Shown here piece by piece: positions 10,292 through 19,814 of a stretch of 64,000 nt of DNA. Source of the DNA: Candidatus Wolfebacteria bacterium RIFOXYD12_FULL_48_21 (GTDB lineage Bacteria; Patescibacteriota; Minisyncoccia; UBA6257; UBA9933); assembly GCA_001793945.1 (NCBI GenBank), contig MGIW01000005.1, forward strand, positions 57,923 through 121,922. The letters run 5' to 3'. Numbering within the stretch: position 1 is the first letter of the stretch; each line of letters begins with the position of its first letter. Below the pieces are notes generated by a model, which was not told the DNA's origin, ran no database searches, and saw nothing but the letters and a program-made list of their open reading frames with translations. The position numbers were made by a program, and so were the translations under genes.

Positions 10292-11626
10292 ATGTCCCAT
10301 ATTAAAAACACAAAAAAACTCGCAAAAACCGCACTGCGCAAAAAAGCGTTGCAGATTGTTGAAGCAGGCTACGCTGCCATAGAAATACAAACGGCCATCA
10401 AAAGCCGCATCACGGTGGCCAAGGGCGTATTGACGGTGCGCGTCTTTGATAAAAAAGCGGAAGATGTGCGCATAGACCTGAATGACTATAAGCGGGTGTT
10501 TTTGGTGGGTATCGGAAAGGGCTCCGCTCTGGCAACCGTTGCCGTGGCTCGCGTATTGGGCAAGCACCTGACCAAAGGCATCGCACTGGATGTAGAAAAA
10601 CCGAATTTCAAATTTAAAATTTCAAATTTAAAATTATTGACCGGTACCCATCCGTTGCCGTCTCCGAAAAATGTAGCGGCAACGCAAAAGATCATGCATA
10701 TGGTCCGTGACTTAAATACGGATGATTTGGTGATCGTGTTTATGTGCGGAGGCGGCTCGGCACTGGCTGTTGCATCGGATGATGAGCTGCAGGCATCGAC
10801 GACCGTATTTAAAGAGCTAACCAAGGCGGGTGCAAACATCATCGAGCTGAACACGGTACGCAAGCATGTATCTGATATCAAGGGAGGTAATTTGGCGAAG
10901 GCGATCCATCCGGCAACGCTATTGACCTTGATGGCTTCCGATGTAATCGGGAACGATATGGAAATGATCGCATCGGGTCCGACGATATTGGATACGACCA
11001 CCAAGGCGGGTGCAGAGGCGATCCTGAAAAAATATGGCGTATCGAAAAAAGGTATCTCGTTAAAGGAAACGCCTAAGGAAGGCCGCTATTTTAAAAATGC
11101 AAAAAATGTATTGTTTGTTTCCAATAGTGATGCGGTGCGGGCGATGGCTGATATGGCGAAAAGGCTCGGGCTGAAGGCGAAGGTAAAAACACTTATATTT
11201 GAAGGCGAGGCAAAGCATGCGCTCGTGCCGATCGTACGGACGATCAAAAAAGGGGAGGCGATTTTGTTGGGCGGCGAAACAACGGTAACGCTGAGCGATG
11301 TCCCTGCGGGCAAAAAACCGGGCAAAGGGGGTAGAAATCAGGAAGTTGCGCTGGGGGTGATTGCGGCATGTGAGGCAATGCCGGAAAGGCTTGCCGATAT
11401 CGTGGCGATATCATACGCAAGCGATGGGCATGACAATTCCGACGCTGCAGGGGCAATAGCCGACGGCTATGCGCTAAAGGCGGCAAAGCGGGCGGGGCAA
11501 TCGGCGGGCGAGGCATTGGCATTGCATGCATCCTTTAGTTTCTTTGAAAAGAGCGGGAATTTGATACAGGTAAAGAACAAAAGTTTTAATGTGGCGGACT
11601 TGATGCTCGTAATCCGAGGGGAATAG
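10292..11626 (+). CDS. Glycerate kinase type 2 (DUF4147/MOFRL family)
   Basis: GIGKGS, THPLPS, GGGSAL, ELNTVRKHVSDIKGG, SDV, IASGPT, GGETTV, GKGGRNQE. Confidence 0.92.
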   Translation: MSHIKNTKKLAKTALRKKALQIVEAGYAAIEIQTAIKSRITVAKGVLTVRVFDKKAEDVRIDLNDYKRVFLVGIGKGSALATVAVARVLGKHLTKGIALDVEKPNFKFKISNLKLLTGTHPLPSPKNVAATQKIMHMVRDLNTDDLVIVFMCGGGSALAVASDDELQASTTVFKELTKAGANIIELNTVRKHVSDIKGGNLAKAIHPATLLTLMASDVIGNDMEMIASGPTILDTTTKAGAEAILKKYGVSKKGISLKETPKEGRYFKNAKNVLFVSNSDAVRAMADMAKRLGLKAKVKTLIFEGEAKHALVPIVRTIKKGEAILLGGETTVTLSDVPAGKKPGKGGRNQEVALGVIAACEAMPERLADIVAISYASDGHDNSDAAGAIADGYALKAAKRAGQSAGEALALHASFSFFEKSGNLIQVKNKSFNVADLMLVIRGE

Positions 11627-11770
11627 TGCATGGGGAAACGGTTTATTTTCACGGAAAATGCCGTTTTTACTTTTAGTGGAAAATGGGTATACTTAAGGTA
11701 TGCAATTTAACCTGTTCCCGATGAATTCGTGGGAGGTATCAAGGAAGAAGTTGGGGAACAATAGACTATT

Positions 11771-13294
11771 ATGTATCAAAATCCATTGTTGTGGATCGTT
11801 TTGGTTGTCGGGGGGGCCGTCGGAGGCTACTACGCTCGGCAGGCAATCGGGCTGAAGAAGAAAAATAATATAGAGCAGATCATCGAGCGACAGATCGATG
11901 AAGCAAAGGTAAAGGCAAAGGAAATAGTGCTCGAGGGTCAGGAGCGGGCGTCTGCGCTCGTAGAGGAGGCAAAGCGCGAAGAGCGCGAGCGAAAGAGCCA
12001 AATAGACCGCATGGAAGAGCGGCTCGTAAAGAAAGAGGAATCGTTTGAGCGGGACCTGCACAATGTCCGCACAAAAGAAAATCGGCTCAACGAAGAAGCC
12101 ACGCAGCTGAAGGCAAAGGAAGGTGCGATTGAAGACCTAAAGCGCAAGGCGGAAGATCTGGTGGAAAAAAGCGCCGGACTGACGACGGAGCAGGCGCGCG
12201 AGATCATTATCAAGCGCACGCAGGAAGCGTATCAAAAGGATCTCGTGCAGATGGTACAAAAGTTGGAGCACGAGCGCGTGGAAGAGCTGGAAAAAAAGAG
12301 CCTCGATATTTTAACGACCGCAATCCAGCGATATAGTCGCAGTCATGTAGCAGAAGTGACTACGAGTATTTTTCACCTGCCGAACGAAGATCTGAAAGGA
12401 AAGATCATCGGCCGGGAAGGGCGCAATATCAAAGCCCTTGAGCGTCTGACGGGCGTGGAGTTTATTATCGACGAGGCTCCCGATTACATTGTCATTTCAT
12501 CGTTTGACCCGATGCGCCGCGAGGTCGCGGGGCTGACGCTTGAAAAGTTGTTGAAGGACGGCCGCATTCAGCCGGCGCGCATCGAAGAAAAGGTGGAGGA
12601 GTCAAAGAATGAGCTGACTAAGCGTGCATTTGAGATAGGCGAACAGGCAGCCCATGAGGTAGGCATTTATGACCTCCCGAAGGAATTGATCCAGCTTCTG
12701 GGTCGCCTACATTTCCGCACGAGCTATGGGCAGAACGCGTTGGTGCATTCCATAGAAGCGGCACATTTAGCGGGCATGATCGCATCGGAGCTTGGCATAA
12801 ATGCGGATGTTTCCCGCAAAGCGGCATTGCTGCACGATATTGGCAAGGCGATAGACCATGAGGTCGCGGGAAGCCATGTGGAGCTTGGACAAAAGATATT
12901 GAAGAAATATAACATCAGTGAAAAGGTGATCCAGGCAATGGAATCGCATCATGAGGATTATCCGTTTGCTTCGCCCGAGGCGTATGTCGTTGCGGCGACC
13001 GACGCCTTGTCGGCAGCCCGACCGGGTGCCCGACGCGAGAATATAGACAATTACATTAAGCGTCTTGAGGAGCTTGAAAAGATCGCAGGCGAGTTTAGCG
13101 GCGTGAAGCAGGCTTATGCAATCTCGGCCGGCAGGGAGCTGCGCATTTTCGTAACCCCTGAAAAGATGGACGATTTTGCCGCATTCCAGCTGGCGCATGA
13201 TGTGGCCAATAAGATCGAAGCCGAGTTAAAATACCCCGGCGAAATAAAAGTAGTAGTCATCCGCGAGATGCGAGCCGTCGAATATGCGCGCTAA
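11771..13294 (+). CDS. rny: Ribonuclease Y
   Basis: N-terminal TM and coiled coil, KH domain (KGKIIGREGRNI), HD domain (LLHDIGKA), SAARPGAR. Confidence 0.97.
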   Translation: MYQNPLLWIVLVVGGAVGGYYARQAIGLKKKNNIEQIIERQIDEAKVKAKEIVLEGQERASALVEEAKREERERKSQIDRMEERLVKKEESFERDLHNVRTKENRLNEEATQLKAKEGAIEDLKRKAEDLVEKSAGLTTEQAREIIIKRTQEAYQKDLVQMVQKLEHERVEELEKKSLDILTTAIQRYSRSHVAEVTTSIFHLPNEDLKGKIIGREGRNIKALERLTGVEFIIDEAPDYIVISSFDPMRREVAGLTLEKLLKDGRIQPARIEEKVEESKNELTKRAFEIGEQAAHEVGIYDLPKELIQLLGRLHFRTSYGQNALVHSIEAAHLAGMIASELGINADVSRKAALLHDIGKAIDHEVAGSHVELGQKILKKYNISEKVIQAMESHHEDYPFASPEAYVVAATDALSAARPGARRENIDNYIKRLEELEKIAGEFSGVKQAYAISAGRELRIFVTPEKMDDFAAFQLAHDVANKIEAELKYPGEIKVVVIREMRAVEYAR

Positions 13295-13873
13295 TGCGCG
13301 CATATGACGGCGAAGTCATGAGTGTAATCGAATGGCGCGCAGTAGAGTACGCCCGATAGGGCGGACACTACTGCGCGCCCTGATCCGCCGGCTGGCGGAC
13401 GAATGGGCGAGCTGTCGAATACGCGCGGTAACCAATGACCGATAACCAATAACTCATAACGGGTAACAAAAAGGCGGGACGCAATGCGTCCCGCTTTTGT
13501 CATTCCCGTGAAAACGGGAATCCATGTCCTGATTGTAACGCATACTGGATCCCGTATCGGAGTACGGGATGACAATGCGTTTAGCGTGTCATTCCCGTCC
13601 GCCCACTGGCGGAGGAATCCATAACGGAAATAAAAAACGACTCGTCACCATTCGACGAGTTGTTTTTTATTCTGCGCTTTGGACTCTAATACACCACTAA
13701 AGTACCGCTATGGTCAATATCCCCCAAAACTATTGTTTACACCGCATAAATACTATATAATTTGACTATAAGTAAATAAGTCAAAGGTCGAGGTAGGAAA
13801 AAGCATTATCCGACAGGTGCGGGGACACGAATTTCGTTGATCCGTAATCAGTTGGGGACATGCGCATTGCTCA

Positions 13874-14149
13874 ATGAACAAAGTAGAATTGATCGACGCA
13901 GTACAGCAGGCAGCCGGCATCGAAATGAAGAAGCAGGCGGTTATGGCTGTAGAAGCGGTATTCGATACCATCACCAAGGCATTGGCACGCGGAGAGGAAG
14001 TTGCGGTTTCCGGTTTCGGAAGCTTCAAAGCCACCAAGCGCGCCGCTCGCATGGGTGTAAACCCGAAGACTGGTGAAAAGATCCAGATCGCGGCATCCAT
14101 CGCGCCGAAGTTCAAGGCTGCAAAGGCCTTCAAGGACGCAGTCAAATGA
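13874..14149 (+). CDS. hup: DNA-binding protein HU
   Basis: MNKVELI, GFGSF, RAARMGVNPKTGE, PKFKA. Confidence 0.96.
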   Translation: MNKVELIDAVQQAAGIEMKKQAVMAVEAVFDTITKALARGEEVAVSGFGSFKATKRAARMGVNPKTGEKIQIAASIAPKFKAAKAFKDAVK

Positions 14150-14209
14150 CCCGCATCCAAGGGTCATCCTGATCCGCCAGCCGGCGGATTCAGGATCTCG
14201 TGGCATGAA

Positions 14210-14330
14210 GCATAAACAAAAATACCCCCTTGCCCCGTAGTAGATTTTCGACGGTACTTGCGTACGCTTTCCAAAGGAAAGCGAAGTCGAAAATTCACTA
14301 CAGGGCTTGCGTGGGTATTTTTGTTTATGC
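14210..14330. repeat. Long branched inverted repeat downstream of HU
   Basis: GCATAAACAAAAATACCC pairs with GGGTATTTTTGTTTATGC; inner stems GTAG..TTTTCGAC/GTCGAAAA..CTAC and CGCTTTCC/GGAAAGCG. Confidence 0.8.
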
Positions 14331-14369
14331 CATAATGGATATAGCAAATAATAATAGGGGGAATGAACT

Positions 14370-14870
14370 ATGGCGACAATAAACAGGGAAGTTACGCTGT
14401 GCCTACTGGTAAGGGATGGAAACATCTATTTGGCAAAGAAAAAAAGAGGATTCGGAAAGGATAGATGGAACGGCTACGGCGGGAAGGTCGAATCAGGCGA
14501 GGCAATAAGAGTTGCGGCAATACGCGAATTGCTTGAGGAGACAAATAGCGAGAACGGGCGGGGGGTTGTGGTAGATATTGACCAGCTGGAGCCGGTCGCA
14601 ATTATCGACTTCCATTTTAATCTGAAGCCCGAGTGGAACCAGCGTGCGCATGTGTTCATAGTGCGAGAATGGGGCGGCGAACCGCAGGAGACGGAAGAGA
14701 TGATGCCGGAACGGTTTGCCATCACGGACATTCCATATCATGAGATGTGGCCCGAGGATAGAATATGGTTTCCGCGCATACTTGCAGGCGAACGGTTGCG
14801 GGGAGAAATCGTGTTTAGGGACAACGAAGGAAATGCGGAGCGCATCGAATTCCAGCCCATGGCAGTATGA
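14370..14870 (+). CDS. NUDIX hydrolase (8-oxo-dGTPase/MTH1-like)
   Basis: KKRGFG..RWNGYGGKVESGE..AAIRELLEE Nudix box; ETEEM, MWPED..W. Confidence 0.9.
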   Translation: MATINREVTLCLLVRDGNIYLAKKKRGFGKDRWNGYGGKVESGEAIRVAAIRELLEETNSENGRGVVVDIDQLEPVAIIDFHFNLKPEWNQRAHVFIVREWGGEPQETEEMMPERFAITDIPYHEMWPEDRIWFPRILAGERLRGEIVFRDNEGNAERIEFQPMAV

Positions 14871-14943
14871 AAAAGCCGCTCAATGAAGCGGCCTTTTTTT
14901 ATACCGTATACCTTATACTGTATACTCTATACCTGCTACCGAT

Positions 14944-15783
14944 TTACTTCCTGATCCGATCGTTCATCTTGAAGAACAATTCGTACGCGGCTTTAATCTC
15001 TTTGAGTGATTCCTTTGCGAGGTCTCTTACTTGATCTTGTGAATCGATCTCGGCAAGTTCTTCGGCAGGGGATTGCTCCTGCGGTGCGATGGGCTTAAGC
15101 TCTTCGGCTGAGACTTCTTTTTTCGGCTGGAGCGGTGCGACGCTGGTGGTAAAATAGATACCCTTTGCCTTGTCGGTTAGTATTTTCGCATTTTTTAACG
15201 AATGTTCTGCCTGTGTAAGATATTTTTTGAGTGCGTCGGTATTCACAAGTTTCTGCTTGTCCAACTTTTTGATGTCGTTGCCGATCTTAATGGCGCGGAG
15301 TTGCACGACGCCATGTACGGTTTCGGTTTGAATGATAAGGATCAAATTGCCGGTCTCTTTCAGAGCGGGGGTGTAGGTCGTCTCTCTCCACGCTTTCAGG
15401 TCGGTAGCAATGGCTTTGATCTCATCCAAAGAAATATCTTCCTTGGCGAGTCTGGCTTCCAAGCCGGCATAATATTTGCTGGATGTTGCAAGTGTGGCGA
15501 CAAAATGATCGCGCGCCAAAGACCATGCATCGTCGAGCTTGAGGTCGTTCAGCGTGTCGGTAAGGGTCTTGATCTCGTTTTGAGAGGCGGAAATGACCTC
15601 TTTAAGGATGGCCTTGCGCTGTTCTGCGGTAAGGGTTTCTGCTGATTCTTCCTTTGCGATTGCGGTATTGATAAGCGATGCGGTGATTTCCGTGGCTTGT
15701 GCGCTCGGAGCAGACATAAAAAGACCGCCAAATATCGCGATGGCAAAAGAAGAAATAAATAATGTGATTCGTGTGTGTTTCAT
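14944..15783 (-). CDS. Secreted helical hypothetical protein, third gene of the ECF operon
   Basis: Signal peptide-like N-terminus (MKHTRITLFISSFAIAIFGG..AQA), helical composition; starts 4 nt after the upstream stop. Confidence 0.75.
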   Translation of the reverse strand: MKHTRITLFISSFAIAIFGGLFMSAPSAQATEITASLINTAIAKEESAETLTAEQRKAILKEVISASQNEIKTLTDTLNDLKLDDAWSLARDHFVATLATSSKYYAGLEARLAKEDISLDEIKAIATDLKAWRETTYTPALKETGNLILIIQTETVHGVVQLRAIKIGNDIKKLDKQKLVNTDALKKYLTQAEHSLKNAKILTDKAKGIYFTTSVAPLQPKKEVSAEELKPIAPQEQSPAEELAEIDSQDQVRDLAKESLKEIKAAYELFFKMNDRIRK

Positions 15784-15787
15784 GGTA

Positions 15788-16333
15788 TTAACGGGATACT
15801 TCATCGAGTATGTCATTGATTTGTCGTTCTGCTGATATTTCCGACGAATCGCTTTTGATAAGGAACGCGCCTATGTCAGTAGTTGTCGTTGCGGATGCCG
15901 TATCTGCGGGCGCTGCAAGCATCATAGTTGCAGCAGGAGCAGTAGGGGATTCCGACTTGCTGATCTCTGCGATCTTGGTCAGCGTGGTTTGATTGGAAGT
16001 GTCGAGATAATCGATGGTTTCAAGGGTGACCTCTATGGAAGCATTGATCTCGTCCGCCTCGGCAATCAAGCTGCGATGATTGAGGCCTTCAAGCGCAAGC
16101 GGGGAATAGGTTTCGTTGATGTAGGTGGTGCCGCCAAGGATCATGAATATTCCGATAAGTCCCAAACCGACAATGCTCGAAATGCGGAAAAATGTACTAA
16201 CGCGCAATGCATTGGCGTGCGCCGGTGATTGCTGAGGGGAAGCCAAAATGAGCATTCGGGAATGCTTTGCGTAGTCGGAATCGGGATGAATGTGTTTCAA
16301 CTCCCGTAAAGTTTTGAAAATGTCAGTTTTCAT
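15788..16333 (-). CDS. Single-TM hypothetical protein, candidate anti-sigma factor
   Basis: Directly downstream of the ECF sigma; short cytoplasmic N-domain then one TM helix. Confidence 0.65.
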   Translation of the reverse strand: MKTDIFKTLRELKHIHPDSDYAKHSRMLILASPQQSPAHANALRVSTFFRISSIVGLGLIGIFMILGGTTYINETYSPLALEGLNHRSLIAEADEINASIEVTLETIDYLDTSNQTTLTKIAEISKSESPTAPAATMMLAAPADTASATTTTDIGAFLIKSDSSEISAERQINDILDEVSR

Positions 16334-16338
16334 GAATG

Positions 16339-16887
16339 CTATGCGTCTTTATTCAATAATGCCTTGAGTTGTTTGATGGCCCGGTGCTGGAGCACGCGAA
16401 CTGTAGTTTCAGGTTTTTTGAGGATGCGGGCCACTTCGGAAGGGCTGAGCTCTTCGATGTACCGCATAATGATGATGTCTTGGTAGTCCTGCTTGAGCTG
16501 CTTTAGAGCCTCCTTTACGGTAGCGACCTGGAATTGGAAATGCACGGCATCTTCGAGGGAAGACTCATGGCGGGGAATATCCGCTTCATGAAGGCCTTCA
16601 ATATCGATGGTGGATTTTTTGGTCCGGTAATGGTCGATGACCTTATTGCGGGCAATTTGGTAGAGCAGGCTCGAAAAAGGGAAGCCTCTGTGTTTATAGC
16701 CTGCTATGTGTTGCCATGCGTTTAAAAAAACATGGTGGGTGATATCCTCGGCTTCCTCACGATGGCTGACCTTAAGATAGACAAAACGATAGATTTGACC
16801 GTGGTATTTATCGTACAGTAGGCCAAAAGCCAAGGTATCACCCCCAATGGCGCGGTCGATTATGGATTTTTCTTCGCCATCTAACAT
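16339..16887 (-). CDS. ECF (sigma-70 group 4) sigma factor
   Basis: GD..AFGLLYDKY, EAEDIT, LYQIARNKVIDHYR (region 2); EVARILKKPETTVRVLQHRA (region 4). Confidence 0.93.
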   Translation of the reverse strand: MLDGEEKSIIDRAIGGDTLAFGLLYDKYHGQIYRFVYLKVSHREEAEDITHHVFLNAWQHIAGYKHRGFPFSSLLYQIARNKVIDHYRTKKSTIDIEGLHEADIPRHESSLEDAVHFQFQVATVKEALKQLKQDYQDIIIMRYIEELSPSEVARILKKPETTVRVLQHRAIKQLKALLNKDA

Positions 16888-16892
16888 ATAGA

Positions 16893-16917
16893 ACGAATAA
16901 AAACCTGTTTAGTTTCA
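16893..16917 (-). promoter_or_regulatory. Putative ECF-type autoregulatory promoter
   Basis: Minus strand TGAAAC-N16-CGT, 5 nt before the sigma ATG; matches the AAC..CGT ECF (SigW-like) consensus. Confidence 0.65.
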
Positions 16918-17130
16918 GTCCCTATTCAGAAACCTATAATACCACAAATCCTATTTAAAAGCCATGGGCAGGGCTTCATTCCGGCCTAAGTCTGTCCGCT
17001 ATCTGCCTGTCGGTTGGCAGGTGGCGGACAGTTGGAATCCATATGTCAAAAAATCGCATAAGTTGTCATTCCGGCGGAAGCCGGAATCTATAAAAATCAA
17101 AAAATCGCCGGAGGCGATTTTTCTTCTCTG

Positions 17131-17202
17131 AGCGGTAGACCGGGCTCGAACCGGCGACCTCCTCCTTGGCAAGGAGGCGTTCTACCACTGAACTACTACC
17201 GC
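17131..17202 (-). tRNA. tRNA-Gly(GCC)
   Basis: Acceptor GCGGTAG/CTACCGC, anticodon arm CCTCC-TTGCCAA-GGAGG, GGTTCGAGCC T-loop. Confidence 0.96.
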
Positions 17203-17392
17203 TTAGTAAAATTGAGTATACTATATGGAAAGAATAATATCAAGATAATTTTTCTTACATTTTTGTCATTCCGGCGAAGGCCGGAATCCAGAGGGTGAAT
17301 ATTTAAGTGGATCAAAGATGGAAAAACATAGATCACGGCCGGAGTTTTACCCTGAGCTTGTCGAACGGACCGGGATGACAAACATTCTTAAT

Positions 17393-18571
17393 ATGAAAAT
17401 GTATTGTAAAAAAACCGCATGCGGGGGTCTGCTCGCAGTCGTATTCTTCGCCGGAGTCGCGTTTCCGGGCGGCGCGGCAAAAGCCGCATCGATAGGAGAG
17501 TTAACGGCGCAGATACAGGTGTTGATGGCGCAGGTCATCGAGTTGCAACGCCAATTATCAGCGATGACAGCAGTAACGCCACAATTATCGGTTAATTTGG
17601 CATATGGGATAAAGGGGAGCGCAGAAGTTCAAAAGTTGCAGCAATTTCTTATCCGGCGGGGATATTTAGGAGAAGGGTTTGCCACGGGGAACTTTTTTTC
17701 GTTGACGCGTGACGCCGTGCGTCGATTTCAGCAGGCGAGTGGGCTGCCAGTCACGGGAGTGGCGGACGAAGAAACAGTAAAGGTTATTAACGACCTGTTG
17801 GTGCGGCAGGCGGAAGTGGATCGAATGGAAGCGGGAAGCGAGACATTAACCGTAAAGGTTGCGACATCAACTCCATTGATCGGGCAGGATGCCGTCCTTG
17901 TGGCGGAGCGGCCGGAATATCAGATCGATTCTCGGCCGGCCTACGATCTGGCGGCCATAGAGCAGGCAACCTTTGACATGGTTAATCTGGAGCGGCAAAA
18001 ACAGGGGCTTGGCATACTCCGGTGGAACGAGCAAGTTGCTACGGTGGCGCGTGCGCACAGTAGCGATCAGGCGGGAGATAACGAGGTAATCACAAACCCC
18101 GATGTGGCATGTCTTTACCCATTCATACGGCACGAGGGATTTGTGTTCGGATTCAAATCGGGAGAGCGGTTGGAGCGCTCGGGCGTGCGCTATCGGCTTG
18201 CAGGAGAAAACATTATCATATTGCCGATGACAAAAAATATGATCTATCGGGCGGAGGAAGCGGTGCCTCCTTGTGCTACGACAAAAGAAACAGAGGGGCA
18301 GCAGGGAGAAACGATCGAGGAGGCCCGTATACGCATTAAGGCGATGCTCGATGAGCGAATCGCCCTCATGCGGGGGCAGGAGCAGCTGGACTGGGCAAAT
18401 AGGGAATGGCGGAGCGTGCAAGAGATCGCAAGTGAATCAACGGCCGATTGGATGGCTTCGGAGGGGCATAAGCGAAACATACTGACCGCGGATTTTGAAG
18501 AGGGTGCTATTGGGGCTGCGGTCGTGAATGATTATATTATCCTGACACAGGTCTTTCTTAAAAAACCATGA
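17393..18571 (+). CDS. Secreted protein with peptidoglycan-binding and CAP (SCP) domains
   Basis: Signal peptide; VQKLQQFL..TGNFFSLTRDAVRRFQ..GL..TG; VNLERQKQGL, ARAHS, AGENI, WMASEGHKRNIL. Confidence 0.85.
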   Translation: MKMYCKKTACGGLLAVVFFAGVAFPGGAAKAASIGELTAQIQVLMAQVIELQRQLSAMTAVTPQLSVNLAYGIKGSAEVQKLQQFLIRRGYLGEGFATGNFFSLTRDAVRRFQQASGLPVTGVADEETVKVINDLLVRQAEVDRMEAGSETLTVKVATSTPLIGQDAVLVAERPEYQIDSRPAYDLAAIEQATFDMVNLERQKQGLGILRWNEQVATVARAHSSDQAGDNEVITNPDVACLYPFIRHEGFVFGFKSGERLERSGVRYRLAGENIIILPMTKNMIYRAEEAVPPCATTKETEGQQGETIEEARIRIKAMLDERIALMRGQEQLDWANREWRSVQEIASESTADWMASEGHKRNILTADFEEGAIGAAVVNDYIILTQVFLKKP

Positions 18572-18672
18572 GAGCGTGAGGCTTGAGGTTGGAGGTATGA
18601 ATAATAGGGAAAGAGGGTTATAATAAAGCATTCTATCGGAACTCATACCTCCATACTCCTAACGCTAAAAAT

Positions 18673-19707
18673 GTGACCAAAGAAAAAATACAGCACAATT
18701 TCTTTTTTATCTTGTTGGGCGTGATGACGGTTGCCGGGCTTGTTTTGTTGAGCCCCTATGCCGGCATGTTCTTCGTTTCCATTATGTTTGCGATCATATT
18801 CAAACCAATGCATTTGCGAGTACGACATCTGTTCGGCGGACACCGGAATACAAGTGCGTTGATTACGACATTGATCGTCATGATGGTGGTGTTGATTCCG
18901 TTGGGTTTTTTCGGGTTCCAAATATTTGAGGAAGCAAAAGATCTCTACCTGCTGATTGCCAATGAAGACATGGGAAACGGCATTGTGGCAAAAACAGGCA
19001 CTGCCTTGCAACGGTATGCGCCGCAACTTGCCCCCGCGCTCTCTGAAGATATCGGGCAATATCTCGGCAAGGGGTTGCAATGGGCGGTTACCAATTTGGG
19101 AGTGATATTTTCAAGCGTCGCAACGACCATGGTTGATTTCGTACTGGTGCTGTTCACATTATTCTTTCTTTTTAGAGACGAGGAGACCTTTAGAAAAATG
19201 ATATTGGCGTTAAGCCCACTGCAGGATGCACACAGTGCCGAATTGCTCGATAGGGTGGAGGCGGCCATAGCATCGGTAACAAAAGGAACTATTCTGGTTG
19301 CGCTACTGCAAGGTGTTTTGACGGGTCTCGGGTTTGCGCTTGTGGGTATGCCCAATCCGGTATTGTGGGCCAGTATTGCCGCATTTGCCGCGATGGTTCC
19401 CGCAATCGGCACCGGCTTGGTCATCGTGCCGGCAGTTGCGTATCTGGCATTGATCGGGCACATGTCTGCGGCAACGATACTCGCTGTGTGGGGAGTGGGA
19501 ATCGTGGGAACGGTAGACAATCTGTTGCGCCCCATGCTCATAGGCAGGGGCATAAAAATACATCCTTTGATTATTTTGTTTTCCGCATTGGGCGGGTTGC
19601 AGTTCTTCGGGATCATTGGATTCTTCGTGGGGCCGGTGGTCCTGGCGGTCCTGTTTACGCTATTTGAGATGTATCCGAAGATCATGCAAAGCCATACGGA
19701 AGTGTGA
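18673..19707 (+). CDS. AI-2E family transporter
   Basis: Multi-TM; VDNLLRPMLIG, HPLIILFSALGGLQFFGIIGFFVGP. Confidence 0.9.
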   Translation: MTKEKIQHNFFFILLGVMTVAGLVLLSPYAGMFFVSIMFAIIFKPMHLRVRHLFGGHRNTSALITTLIVMMVVLIPLGFFGFQIFEEAKDLYLLIANEDMGNGIVAKTGTALQRYAPQLAPALSEDIGQYLGKGLQWAVTNLGVIFSSVATTMVDFVLVLFTLFFLFRDEETFRKMILALSPLQDAHSAELLDRVEAAIASVTKGTILVALLQGVLTGLGFALVGMPNPVLWASIAAFAAMVPAIGTGLVIVPAVAYLALIGHMSAATILAVWGVGIVGTVDNLLRPMLIGRGIKIHPLIILFSALGGLQFFGIIGFFVGPVVLAVLFTLFEMYPKIMQSHTEV

Positions 19708-19814
19708 TCAATAAAAAACCGCCCGACGCGCAAGCGCCGGGCATTTTTTTGCACTATTGCAAAAAAAGACAAAAGGAATATACTGGTAAACTTACGCTAA
19801 TCAAAAACAAGACC

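Noticed and set aside
17318-17392. Upstream extensions of several ORFs (also 19704, 30027, 50063, 52426 and 52508)
   Set aside because: Read-through of repeats, terminators or neighbouring genes; downstream ATGs fit family N-termini
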